Below the pieces are notes generated by a model. The model was not told the origin of the DNA and ran no database searches. It saw nothing but the letters and a program-made list of their open reading frames with translations. Both the position numbers and the translations under genes were made by a program. From the NCBI RefSeq assembly GCF_001447785.1, contig NW_015175363.1:730896-794895 (forward strand): a stretch of 64,000 bases of DNA, given 5' to 3'. This document shows positions 35,830-47,589 of the stretch, one piece after another. Position 1 is the first letter of the stretch; each line of letters starts with the position of its first letter. The stretch comes from Gekko japonicus (lineage: Eukaryota).

Positions 35830-36828
35830 CAGGGGTCATTTCATAGAAAAAGAGCTACATGAGCTCATTAGCATACGGTATGCTACTGAGCTACTAGGCT
35901 ATTAGCATATGCCACGCCTCTGACATCACCAAAAGTTATGTCAGAAGGGGAAGCGAAAGGGAGGGGAGGCATCTTCAAAAGCCTCCCCTTCCCCAGCTGG
36001 CCTGTGGGGGGGAGCGAAGAGAGAAGTGGTTTAAAGTTTAACCCCCTTCTCACTAGAGTTGGGCCACAGAAAGAGGAAAGAGAGAGAGTAGAGAGAAGGA
36101 AAGAAGGAAGGAAGGAAAGAGAAGAAGGGAAAGANNNNNNNNNNNNNNNNNNNNNNNNNNNNNNNNNNNNNNNNNNNNNNNNNNNNNNNNNNNNNNNNNN
36201 NNNNNNNNNNNNNNNNNNNNNNNNNNNNNNNNNNNNNNNNNNNNNNNNNNNNNNNNNNNNNNNNNNNNNNNNNNCAAAGAATGGGGAGAGGGAGGAAGGC
36301 TCTCCCACCCCCCATCAAACCCCCCCGCCACCCCACCCTCATGGATCCCTTACATGGGCTGGGGAAGCCGGCGGCGGGGCTCTCCAGACCTCCCGCAAGC
36401 CACAATGCTGCTGTGCAGGCCTGGGGAACCCAGCTGCGGGGCTCTCTGAGCCTCCCCCCAGCCCCAGCGCTTCTGCACGGGCCCGGGGGACCCAGTGGCA
36501 GGGCTCTCCGGGCCTGCCTCCAGCCGCAGCGCTTCTGCACGGGCCCCAGGGAACCCGGCTGCGGGGCTCTCCGGGCCTCCCCCTGGCCCCAGCGCTTTTG
36601 CACGGGCCTGGGGAAGCCGGCTGCAGGGCTCTCCGGGCCTCCCCCCCCCGGCCCCAGTGCTTCGGCGCGAGCCTGGGGAAGCCGGATGCGGGGCTCTTCG
36701 GGCCTCCCTCGGGCCGCAGCACTTCAGCGCAGGAAGCTGAGGGTGGGGCTTTCCACCGCCACCATTTGCACCGGCTCCTGGGCTGCCGGAGCGGTGCTCT
36801 GGCATGCTCCGGCCCCAAAAGACCCCTG
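35830..36828. mobile_element. Non-autonomous hAT element with an internal GC-rich minisatellite
   Basis: TIRs CAGGGGTC and GACCCCTG; TSD CTACTGAG/ATACTGAG. The same family end recurs inverted at about 47590-47701. Confidence 0.8.
36355..36730. repeat. About 62-bp GC-rich tandem repeat, 6 copies
   Basis: Unit approximately GGCCTGGGGAAGCCGGCTGCGGGGCTCTCCGGGCCTCCCCC.GGCCCCAGCGCTTCTGCAC. Confidence 0.88.
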
Positions 36829-38291
36829 ATACTGAGTTGTACTAGCACAAACTGAGGATGGAAGGAGTTCCTCAAAAGATTGGGACATCATTTGTCCCGA
36901 GAGAGTGTATATAAACTGCGACTTCCTTCCTCTGCTCTCCAAAAAGAAGAGAGGAACAGAAGGAGGAAGAAGAGGAACCAGAAGCTACTGCTGGTGATAA
37001 CAGTGGTGTGCGTATTCATCCACCAAGGGAGAAAAGAAGTGCAAAGTGGTCACAGCCAACATGACTGTTCTCATATGGTTGCTCCTTTTCCTCCATTGGG
37101 TCCTTGGCCTGAGAATACAGGGAGTAATCACCAAAATCATACATACACATTGCAAGTGATGGAAGAATACCAAATTCATTGTGGTCATTTTTGGTTCATA
37201 TATCTCCTCCCTTCTCAATTTTTAATACTGGACCAGGTCCTGTGGACTAAGAAACAGTGTTTCTGACCACTTCCCCTAACAAGAACAGTGTGAGTAGGGC
37301 TGCAGTAACCACTTGACTGAGACAGAGAATACACCCAGAACAAGGTTATTCTTGGTCCAGTATCAAGGAAATGGATCATTATACAAGGCTGTCAAGTAAG
37401 CACACATTGTTCTGTGTGCCACGAAAGGATCCTGCTGTTTTAATATCCTGCCAGGGCAAGATTTATGCCTACATTAGTATTTCACATGACCAAGTCAGTT
37501 GTTCTTAGTGTTAATTAATATTACTCTATGCTTGATGTTATTTTTGATTACTTGAGTTTGCTAATTTTATAGACTGGCTGCTTATCATTCCATTCAATAA
37601 TATTGTTTACGATTTCACTGTTTAGATTCTCAGTGTGTCTGCCAAGTTTATATAGAAGCTTCATCATTTTGTTAACAGATCCCTTATATCAATTTATATA
37701 GTTCACTGTCCTAATTGGGGGCATTCCATTAAGCCAGGTGTAGAACTTGTTTATTGAAAGGGATCAGAAGGAGGAAATTTATTCCTTATGTTCTGCTTTT
37801 TTAGTGTAGATTTAGACAAATCAGGAAGTGAGCCTTATTTTCCCTGCCCAAACATGGTAAAATTTTTGGGACCCTCCTTGGTTGTAGTGTCTCTGTATAG
37901 TGGTAGCACATGACTCCTCCTTCGGTCACCCTGAGGAAGAGGCATGAGTGAGTGTGCGGCAGCACCTCATGCCCCTTCTCTATGGAGAGGCCCAGCGGCA
38001 GCTTCTTGATAGGGCCCAGCCAATCCTGAATCAGCCTTTTACTTTTTTGTTTTGTTTGTTTTTCTGCTTCAAATACAATCTTTCTCTTCTACCTCAGTTT
38101 CTCTCTAACCCTACTTCATTGAGTAGTCATCAGTAAATACTTTAACTTTCCAATTAATCTTCCGCTAGGCACTTGATTCGGCAGTTAGTTGGTTTGTTTT
38201 TATTTGGTTTAAGCATATCAAATGCAAACACTTTCTTCAAAATTTGGAATGAAATTCTTTTTTTCTTTTTTTTTTGCTCCCCAATGGGGAA

Positions 38292-40130
38292 TTTTTTATT
38301 GCATGTTTTATTAAAACTACAAACTATAACAGAAATAAGGGAGGGGACTACATTTAAGGGGATAAAGAAAAGATACCCACTACTAACTAAAAACCCAAGA
38401 GAGGAGATCTTCTAATCAGCTTGAATACACATCTAGTCTTAATCATATTAATCTCATTACAAACTGAGTCATATATTCTGTTAACTTTTCCCACATTTTA
38501 AATTTAACTGATAAAAGAAAATACCCCAAAGCATCTCAATTCAAAATTTTTCAAAGGCACAATTCAGAGTCCTTCAGCCTTCACTTCTTCTTATCCAGTC
38601 TCTTCCGCAACTTATAAGGACTTTTAGGAGCTGCTGCCCCTTTCTCTGACAGAGAGTCCTCTCCGGAAAAACCCGAGTCCAGCTCACCACTGGACTTGTT
38701 GTCCCCTTCTTTTTCTTCCTCCTCTGGCCCTCCCAGCTGGACTCTTAAAAATTCCCTCACTTTCAGAACAGAGTCAATCTTTTCTTTTTTATCCTTAATT
38801 TTGAAGGTGACGTCTTCTGGAATTAGCCATCTATATCCAATTGAATTTGTTTGAAGAAAAAGAACAACGTCTTTATATTTCTTTCTCCGCCGTCTTATTT
38901 CAAATGGAATATCCTTCAGTACTCTGATAACACTCTCCCCAGCTCTCAGGGGTGTTCTAGATACTGCTTTCAGGATTGCATCCCTTACATGCCTCTTTGA
39001 GAATCTTACGACAATTTCCCCAGGCAGATTATTTTTCTTTATGTATCCTGAATATGACCTATAGGCCACATCCATTTCGCTTAGTAAAAATTCCGCCTTC
39101 ATCTCTGTCACTGGGGCCAATATTTCACTCATAATTTCCTTCAGATTCTCTCCCTTAGTCTCTGGCATGTCCTGAAAGCGAAGGATCATATTAGCCTTTT
39201 CCATTTGTAATTGTAGCAACTGCTCTTCTGTAGAAACTTGCGTCTTTTCCAGTTTTTGTACTTTCTTCTTCACCTTTTGGGTAGTGGCGTCCACTTCTTT
39301 CACCTTCTTATTTGTTTGATTCATCATTTTTAAAGTCTCGCTTATCTGATTTTGTTGAGTGGTGATACACTGAGTCATTGATGTCATCTGCTCTTTGAGA
39401 TTATTCATTTGGTCCAGCAGGTGGTGCATGGAGTCTGCCAAAGTCTTCGCTGGCTCATTGGCTCCTTCCAGTTTTGGACTCTCAGTTACTTTCGATTTCA
39501 AATGCTTCTCTTTCTCCATCCTCTTCCCCACCATCTTTTTCGCTTTGTTTACTTTCGCAAACTTTTTGAAAGTCTCTGAATATGCGGTTAAACGTTCGCA
39601 CTCGCCTTGGTAAGTACTCCTTAGCAGTTTTAACCGTTTATGCTTCCGCTCCCCCCCTCAATCACTCTAAAGTCTATGCGTTTGGGAGGCATCCCTCCCC
39701 CGCTCGCCTTATCTTTGTTCCATGGGGTGGGGGTGGGGAGCTTCTTTTCTTTTTAATAATGCTTAAATGACTCACGTTCATAATATGTCCACGGACCTCA
39801 TTTACACTCCATTTCTAACGCTTGATCTCCTGCGCTTGCCCCGGTCAGTGTCACTTAGTCCATTCGGTCTCTCAGCACGAGGAACCGTCAGAGCGGAGAG
39901 GTGCCTCAATTCTCCGGCATTATGCCGTCAAAGAGGCAACCTCTCAAAAGCTCCATGGCCAGGGTCCCTTCAGCCAGGTCCCTGGGGGAGTAGTGAGCCT
40001 GCACACACCCTCCTTCGGCTGGAGCGCAGCTTCACCCCCGGGAGGTCCTCAAAAAACAGGATTACGAAACTGTGGGGGAAATTGGGCAAAGCTGTGAGTC
40101 AAAATGCAGCCCCGCAGCTTCAGGTGTGAA
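38292..40130 (-). mobile_element. L1-clade element: 5' UTR, ORF1 and short 3' region, no ORF2
   Basis: GC-richer leader, intact ORF1, then about 290 nt ending AATAAAACATGCAATAAAAAA on the minus strand. Boundaries are approximate. Confidence 0.75.
38581..39534 (-). CDS. L1 ORF1p-like protein (coiled coil, RRM, CTD; Transposase_22 family), 317 aa, uninterrupted
   Basis: Heptad-rich N-terminus, then LRFQDMPE.KGENL, DVAYR, PGEIVVRF, IRVLKDIP.EIRRRRK and YRWLIP motifs. Confidence 0.85.
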   Translation of the reverse strand: MVGKRMEKEKHLKSKVTESPKLEGANEPAKTLADSMHHLLDQMNNLKEQMTSMTQCITTQQNQISETLKMMNQTNKKVKEVDATTQKVKKKVQKLEKTQVSTEEQLLQLQMEKANMILRFQDMPETKGENLKEIMSEILAPVTEMKAEFLLSEMDVAYRSYSGYIKKNNLPGEIVVRFSKRHVRDAILKAVSRTPLRAGESVIRVLKDIPFEIRRRRKKYKDVVLFLQTNSIGYRWLIPEDVTFKIKDKKEKIDSVLKVREFLRVQLGGPEEEEKEGDNKSSGELDSGFSGEDSLSEKGAAAPKSPYKLRKRLDKKK

Positions 40131-40517
40131 ATTGACCAATAGTATTGGGGCAAACGGCGGTGCAACATCGAGGCAGCTCTAGTGCGAAATCAGCCTGTGT
40201 TTTTTTAATGGTCACAGCATGATCCTGGGCTTTGTCGCATAAGTGGCTGCAGAACATTCTATTAGATGCAAAACCCAGACACAGAGGGACACATCCCTAT
40301 TGTTCCACATTGCCTGTTTTGTATCCTACACTGGGCCATTAATAACCCTTTGGCTAAAATGTCCCATGGAAAAGAAAGACAGTGGCATTTTCTAAATAGT
40401 TTCATTAGATACTATTCTGAGTAGTAGTAGCATTACACCACTAGCTGCAAGTAACTGTAAAACATGAGAATCTGTTACCCCTTAACCTCCTACAAAATGA
40501 GGCAAAATGAGCATAAT

Positions 40518-40742
40518 TCTTCTTCCCTTTTTGCCATCAATTCACAGCCAATTTATGGTGACCCCATAGGTTTTCCAAGGTAAGAGACATTCAGAGATGG
40601 TTTGCCAAAGCCTGCTCTTTATAGCAATCCTAGTATTCCTTGGTGGCCTCCCATCCAAATACTAAACTAACCAGGGCAGACCCTGCTTAGCTTTGGAGAT
40701 CTGATGAGATCGGGCTAGTTTGTACCATCTAGGTCAGGGCTG
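40518..40742 (-). mobile_element. 5S rRNA-derived SINE (SINE3/5S-Sauria-like)
   Basis: Reverse complement GCCCGATCTCATCAGATCTCCAAAGCTAAGCAGGGTCTGCCCTGGTTAG...TTGGATGGGAGGCC matches 5S rRNA, followed by a non-5S tail. Confidence 0.82.
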
Positions 40743-42663
40743 TCTTGTATCGGATGCCATTTTATCAGCTGTAACACTGTCCAACTTAGCCAACTTCCTG
40801 GCTTTAGGAATAATGTTTTGCTTCTCAAAACTAACTATTTAGATTTTTATAATTCCTTTGGGCAGTATGAAAGACATTAAATTTTAAAAGGGTGTGTTTT
40901 CTCTGTTACTTAACACTGTACAGATGATATTCCATCACTTCAGCATTTCTCCCCCTTTTATTGCTTGAAGTTACTGTTTGCATTAAGAAATAAAAATGAA
41001 ACAATGATTGTTTCTTTGTTCAATGAGCCATTAAATATGTAACAATCTAGAATATGTAATAAAAGCACTCTTACTGTAGTTAACTTGATTGCTATAAATT
41101 TATTCAAAATATTATCAGTTTATGTAATTACGGTGTACTTTAAAAGCTATGTTTTATAAATCAGTTATTCTAAAATACTCCATAAGGAGGGAAAAGCAGA
41201 TTGCAATGAAACACATTTTATTATGTATAAGCATTTTCTTTTTGAGGCTCTGAAGTGAGTCTTTGTAACAAGTTTATAAAATGGTTTTCTATGCATTACT
41301 GACTTTGCTCATAATGGACGCTGAAGGGAGGAAAGCAATTTATTTCCTGTATTTCAAGCACAAAGCACTTTCCAAGGAAGACTTCCAGCCTAGTTTTTGA
41401 TCCCATCACAGAATTTTGTTCAGAAGTGGTATTTTGCGCATGCCTAACTTTTCATTTCTGCTGTGAGTGCTATTCCTAATCTCTTGAGATTCAAGGATAG
41501 AAGATACTATAGATTCATCCAAAGCAAGCTAATGTTATCTCACTCATAGTCATCAAGAAAGCCTGTGGAACAGATAGCAGTGAGGTTGTCCAATGACAAT
41601 GCATCTTATCCATTCCTGACCCCATAACAAAATTAATGTATCTCTGTCTCTGAAAAATAGCCTCTAAACAAGTATGAAGATCCCCGCTCAATCTGGCATT
41701 CTCATAATATGGGGAAAATATATTTCCCTATCATCCTTTTCTTTTTTTAAAAGGAAGCATAAAACTAAATTAATTTCACTTACCCTCTCCTCCCGATGAA
41801 TAATCACTAGAGCTGCAAATAACTGCAAGCTGCATGCTATACATAGCCATCCCCATAATCACTCTTTGCAGTATTGTTTTGCCATATCTGCCAAAAATAA
41901 ACAAGATCAGGCATCATAAAGCTTCGATGGCATCATAAAGAATACCATACTCAAAGATTGGAAGTGGAAGTTGCAAAATCAGAACCATGGGAGGACCAGC
42001 TCTTGCAAGGTATTTCTTCTTTCTCCCATGTTGTTCAATATCTTTGTGAGACATGTAAGCAAGATAAAACTTAGTTTTGGAATGGTGTGCCCTCAATACG
42101 TATGTACAGAAAAAGTCTTTTCTGAAATTCTTCCTGTCTGGGCCAGATGGCCTTAGCTGGTGACACTTCAGTGAGATTTTTGTCATAGTGAGATTTTTGT
42201 CACCTGAGCAGATGGCCAGGCCAGGGTAGAGAGACATGCAGGCGCCTTCCCAAGCATGGGAAGAGCTATGCCCAGTAACAGAACTGCAGACAGGATGCCC
42301 AACTCCTAGCCAATCAAAATATACCTTGCCTGGCAATGCATGGTAACCAGAGATTGGACATGCCTCCCCACTCTCTCATGATTGGGTAAATGGCCATACC
42401 TGGTGGTGACGGAAGGGGGGTATAACTGCAATAATCCATATGGGAAAAGGGGTTCCTTGCTGGAAACAAAGAGTTCTTCTGGATGGGCTGCTTGCTTGTC
42501 AGCTGCACTGTCAGCATGAAATGAGCCTACTAGGCAGCCAAGCTGGACTTAGCTGCCCACAGCACCATGGGGTTCCTTTTCAAGATCCCCTGGTGAGACC
42601 TTGGACTATTTCATCTGATACCTCTAAAAGCCTGGTAACTATGAAATACTATTGTGTAACTAT

Positions 42664-42780
42664 GAAATACTATACAAGAAAGACCTCGATGTCCTTGACA
42701 ACCACGACGGTATAATCACTGACCTCGAGCCAGACATCCTGGAATGTGAAGTTAAATGGGCCTTAGAAAGCATTAGTAAT
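42664..42780 (+). mobile_element. Isolated internal fragment of BovB/RTE LINE ORF
   Basis: Translates to EILYKKDLDVLDNHDGIITDLEPDILECEVKWALESISN, matching the BovB pre-RT segment. Confidence 0.85.
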
Positions 42781-43399
42781 ATAGGGCATTCGTATGCCCC
42801 CCCCATGGTATGGGTAAATTAGGTACCCTCCCACATGCGGGACCAGCTAGGAAACTGTTAGATGGCAAAAGCTGGGAATCAGTAGTCTCTCACGGTACCT
42901 AGGAGACTTCCAGACAATACAACCTCCTCCTGCACATCTGTAGAGATAAGCATTTCAGCACAGGCAGAACAGCAGAGATAGGAATGCAATAGCAATTACC
43001 AAGACACAGAATGAACTCCCCAACCCCCATGGAAGCATAGCTGACAGTAGTTAGAGCTGAACAAGCTATAGATATCATTTGTTTTCTTATCTTATATGCA
43101 TGCTTGTGCACTGAATAAAGATGACACTTCAGTGAGATTTTTGGAATTATTATTTGGAATTGTTTCCTCTGTTGCAACCTGATTTCTAAGACTGAATCTT
43201 GTGTCTAAGCCGTTCGCCTAAGGAGGCTACCACTGTGTTAATTAATTGTTTGCAGCCCTAGTACAGAGCTGGTGAAATTGGTAAGTCCGATAAATCAGGC
43301 AGGAGGTGGGATCTCTGCTCCTGACCTTAGTGGGGTCTTTTTGTGAGAGATCCTGGTGGCAGTAACTACTGGTAAAGCCTGGAGAGTGTACAGACATTC

Positions 43400-44510
43400 T
43401 CCTGGGGTTTGTTTAATTGTTGCTGAATGCTTGATTTAACTCCCATCCCTGGACTGGGGTGGGAGAGAAACCTTGACAACATAGATGACACCCAGTTACA
43501 TATCACCTTGACTAAATTGCCAGGAGTTGCCAACTTGGCGTTGAGCCAGTGCCTGAATGTGCTTCTCAAGTGTCTGAAGAAGTGTAAACGGAAGCTCAGT
43601 ACAGATACAATGGAGATTATGCTGGTTGATAAGAATAGGGTAGTTCTTTACCATTATTGATGAGGGTGTAACTTACATTGAAGAACTTGTATTTGGCCAG
43701 GTACCCTGTTAGAAAACATGTTAAGGTAGTACCAAAATGCTTTTTCTTAGCTGCATTTAATTCGAAGTTGACACCATTTCTTTAGACGTGATCTAGTCAC
43801 TCTGATCCATGCTGTAGTAATCTCTAGGCTAGATTACTGAAATGTCCTGTAGGTGGGTCTACTCTTGAAGATGGTTTAGAAACTTGAGCTTGGCCAAAAT
43901 GTAGTGGTCCATTTGCTATCAAATTCTGCCCATCAGGACCACAATACAACATTCCAGAAGTCTCTTCACTAGCTATTTGTTTCTAGATTTAATTCAAGGT
44001 CTTGATGATTGCTTACTTTTAAAGTCCTTTTTGACCTGAGATTAGGCTCATAGCTACAATGGGGCATTTGGGGCCCCTGTCCCTTTAATTAAAAGTCCCA
44101 CCCCACAAATAGCCATGCCAGAAACCTTATGTTTGACTATGACTTAGGTGGTACTGGGCTAGCAGAAAGGGGGATTGCCCTATGGAAGGGAACTCAAAAT
44201 AGCCTTCTAAAGGCAATTAAATGCCCTCTGAGCTGTTTTGTCTTAGGAACTGATGCACTCACTGCCCTGTCCCTTTAAAGGAAGGGCTAGAAACAGGCTT
44301 GGAACCTTCCCCTTTAAAGACAGGCATTCAGATTAATTTAATTAACTGTAGTTTAACTGCCCCCTTAAAAATCAAATGCCCCCCCCAATAAAAAAAATTC
44401 TGGCTACAGGCCTGCCTGAAACCAGCATACTTCAAAGATTGTCTCTCCTGATATGAACCCATGAGTCAATTATGCTACTCACAACAGAGTCTTCTAAAGT
44501 CTCCCTGTTT
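43400..44510 (+). mobile_element. Old L2 LINE RT region, interrupted by a probable hAT MITE at about 44043-44413
   Basis: DDTQL, GTAATCTCTAGGCTAGATTACTG (SRLDYC) and ATTCAAGGTCTTG (QFKVL). The L2 sequence resumes after ...GGCTACAGGCCTG. Confidence 0.65.
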
Positions 44511-44857
44511 TAGGTAAACTGCATTTGAAAGGACTTTAACAAATTGTGATTTGTTTCTTGCCTACAGATCTCTTTAGAATTGTGGTTTGTAGGGAAGAAT
44601 CAAATCACAATTGTTTAAGCCCCCAATTCAGATGTTTTGACAAACTGCAGTTAAAGACTTCCTGATTGAGGATTTTTATTTTTAATCTCAATCCAGAGTG
44701 CAGGGAGGAGAGAGTAGTCAAACCTGAGGACTTCTTACCTTGATCTTGTGATGAACTAATTATAGCTTGCTCATCTCAAAGGAAAGATGACTTTTCTCTT
44801 GTGTCTATCTGATGATGCTTCAAAAAACTCCACAGTATCAAAAAAGATTATGTAAGT

Positions 44858-45060
44858 TGTTATGTATTGCATTGTATATAACTGCTATGTAAACTGTGCC
44901 ATTGAGTCTTGGATGTAAATACTGATGTGTGAATCGTCTGATTGAGATGCCATGTTAAGCTTCATCCTGGACCGTGTTCGGAGAAGTAACAGAGCTGAAG
45001 AATAAACCGCATTCTTGCTGAATCACTCTCCGACTTCTTTGTTAAGCGCACGACTTAACA
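44858..45060 (+). mobile_element. Short solo LTR (203 bp), Copia- or BEL-like
   Basis: TGTTA...TAACA termini, perfect 5-bp TSD TAAGT, AATAAA at 45001. Confidence 0.85.
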
Positions 45061-46289
45061 TAAGTGAGATTTTCCAGTAGATCTTTTAAAATCTGCTATC
45101 ACTGCCCACCCCACTCCCCATATTCTTCCTTATGGAGCAAAGTTCTGTTCCCTCTTATTAAAAACAAAATAAAAGCTCCTGAAACTCCTACCTTTTTTCC
45201 TCTGATCTGTCCGTCCAGCATAACATAACAGCCTACAACAGACAAAGGAACTGTATGATTTTGAAAATGACATTAAAGGGTTTGAGAAGAAGAAAAGTAT
45301 GAAAAGTTTAGCTGTAGTTCATAAAGAAACTTTTAATCTATTTTAAATGGCTGCATTGGCAATGGAAAATGGTGTTTGTTATTCTATTGTTACGGTAGTT
45401 CTAACCAAGAGTCAGCAATTTTGTACTTGCTAAGTTATCTTCCTCAGAAGTACTTTCATTTGACATTTAGGAATTGTTCCCCACCAGCTGAGTGTGCCTT
45501 TAAAGAAGTCCCATTTCCCTAGAGACTTGATTGCCATTGTTGGCCACTGTGCTTTTTTTGTTGTTGTTGTTTGTTTGTAAGGGAGAACCAGGGCTGATGA
45601 GACATGATATCTAAAAGTTTCCTTCCTCCCTCCCTCCCCTGAAAGTAGAAAATCTAGGGAAGTCATTATGATGAAATACATTTACATGGAACCCGTTTTT
45701 AATGTGGAAAAAATGGTTTTATTTTTAAGCCATCTGCTGCATTGGCAAAACTTTATGATGATGGGCTTGTTGCCATGCTTATTGCTGTAACTTTTTATAG
45801 CAGTTTCTTTTCATGAATAGAAGTTCACCTGGTAGGTAATTTCTTTGCTACCTTGCAAGGAAAAATATTGTCATTTTGAAGCTACAAAAAAGGCTACTTT
45901 CTTCCACAGCAGACCTTATCAGAGAAAAAACCAAATCATTGTGGTTTGATGGGGGGGGGGGCACTTTAGTCATGTATTTATAGGGCAGTGGGTTGGGCTT
46001 TGTATGTTCCGTTTTAATAAAGAAAAGGCACAAGTCATTTCCCAGCAACATTGAGTCATTATGAAAATATGAAAAAGCCTTTGCCAAAGATTTTAATATT
46101 TGTGGCAGAGCAGCTCTAAAGTATTTGATGAGTTATCTTGTTAGGCTGTTGGGATTTCTCATAATAATATGTAAGGAAAAGACCAAGAAACATAAAGGTT
46201 AATAAGGAACCCAAGCAGGAAGCCCACTGAAACCAAGAACATAAATCAGTGGTTCTTGGCTTTAGCAACCTTTTATTTATATATATATT

Positions 46290-46482
46290 CTGTCTTTCAA
46301 GTCATAGATGGTTTATGGAGACCCTGTAGGGTTTTCAAGGCAAGAGATGTTCAGAGGTAGTTTGCCATTGCCTGCCTCCATGTCACGATCCTAGTATTCC
46401 TTGGTGGTCTCCCAAATATTACTGAGGGCTGAGTCTGCTTAGCTTCCAAGATCTGTTATCAGGATAGCTTGGGCTATCCAGA
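46290..46482 (-). mobile_element. 5S rRNA-derived SINE, second and more diverged copy
   Basis: Colinear with 40518-40742 (GGGTTTTCAAGGCAAGAGA...CTGCTTAGCTTCCAAGATCTG). Confidence 0.75.
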
Positions 46483-47589
46483 TAAGGATAAGGAACCTTA
46501 GCAACCTGGGGACCCCCATTTTGATTTTTTTTTTTAAATTACAGACTCCCCTGAGTAATTTCCTTCTCTTGTACCAACCTACCACACTCTGGGAAGCTCT
46601 TTGCCTCAGAACTGAGGCATTCCAGCAAAATGATTTGCCCCTGTTCCAGATACTCGTGCATAAGTTGAGAGCCCACTGAAGTACTTTTGTCTCCAGGTCC
46701 CATTCTGGCAAATGCTTCTGTAGATGATTGTAAGGTTTAGTCATAAAATCCATCACCAGAAATGTTTCTTAAAAGAAGCTTTATGAATTGGTTTTTTTTT
46801 GTCCCCCCCCCCCCTTAAAATCTTCACTTTTGTATCAGGACTATGTTTGTATTACTTCCCTGTGCACTCTCCACATACACATGAACTTTAAATGAAGCCC
46901 TCAGCCAAATGCAGAAGACTAGCTATGAATTATATCAAAATCCACTCTAAAAGTACAAAAACAGTCACTGTGCTTAACATAGAATACAGTTTTGATTAGA
47001 GTGTGTGAACTGAAGACATATGTAACTTGGAATAATTTTGTTTGTTTGTAATACATAGTACATTTCATTCATATAATACCTGTTTCAAATGTGCAGCAGG
47101 TCAATGTGTCAAGGGGCCAATTCAAACATGCTGAAATTGTGGTGGACTTTACTACTTCAAGCAAGTGACACTCTGAACAGGTGGTTCTAAATACAAAGGC
47201 CTACTTTTCAAGTGAACCACTTTGAGCATATTATGCCATACTTAAACATCTATACTGGCTTCATTTTGTTAATGGAAGTAATTTAATGTGTTGGTGTTTT
47301 GACCCATAAAGCTGGAAGTGGCCTAAGATCAGGGTATCTGTAACATATGCTTAGGAGACTGATGGTTATATCTCATAAGCAAACCAGTGTGAAAAACTGC
47401 CTTTTTCCCCAGATAAGGTCTGTGAACCTCTTTATTGAGGTAACCAAAGAGGCTGATCTTTAGCTGTTCTTCATTCATTAGATAGTCCACTCTTTTATGT
47501 ATTTTTTTTAAACCTTCTATATTTGTTGGCTGTCTTGCTGGTTGTTTTCAGCAAGTGGGATGTCCAGTGGAGCGTGAGCGGTGGGTGTT

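Noticed and set aside
36355-36730. CRISPR-like array
   Set aside because: The units are head-to-tail repeats without unique spacers, in vertebrate DNA with no cas genes.
35938-36875. Long overlapping ORFs of 150-305 aa
   Set aside because: They are products of an N gap and a stop-poor GC-rich 62-bp tandem repeat inside a MITE.
40640-40742. Functional 5S rRNA gene
   Set aside because: It is diverged, carries an insertion and is fused to a SINE tail.
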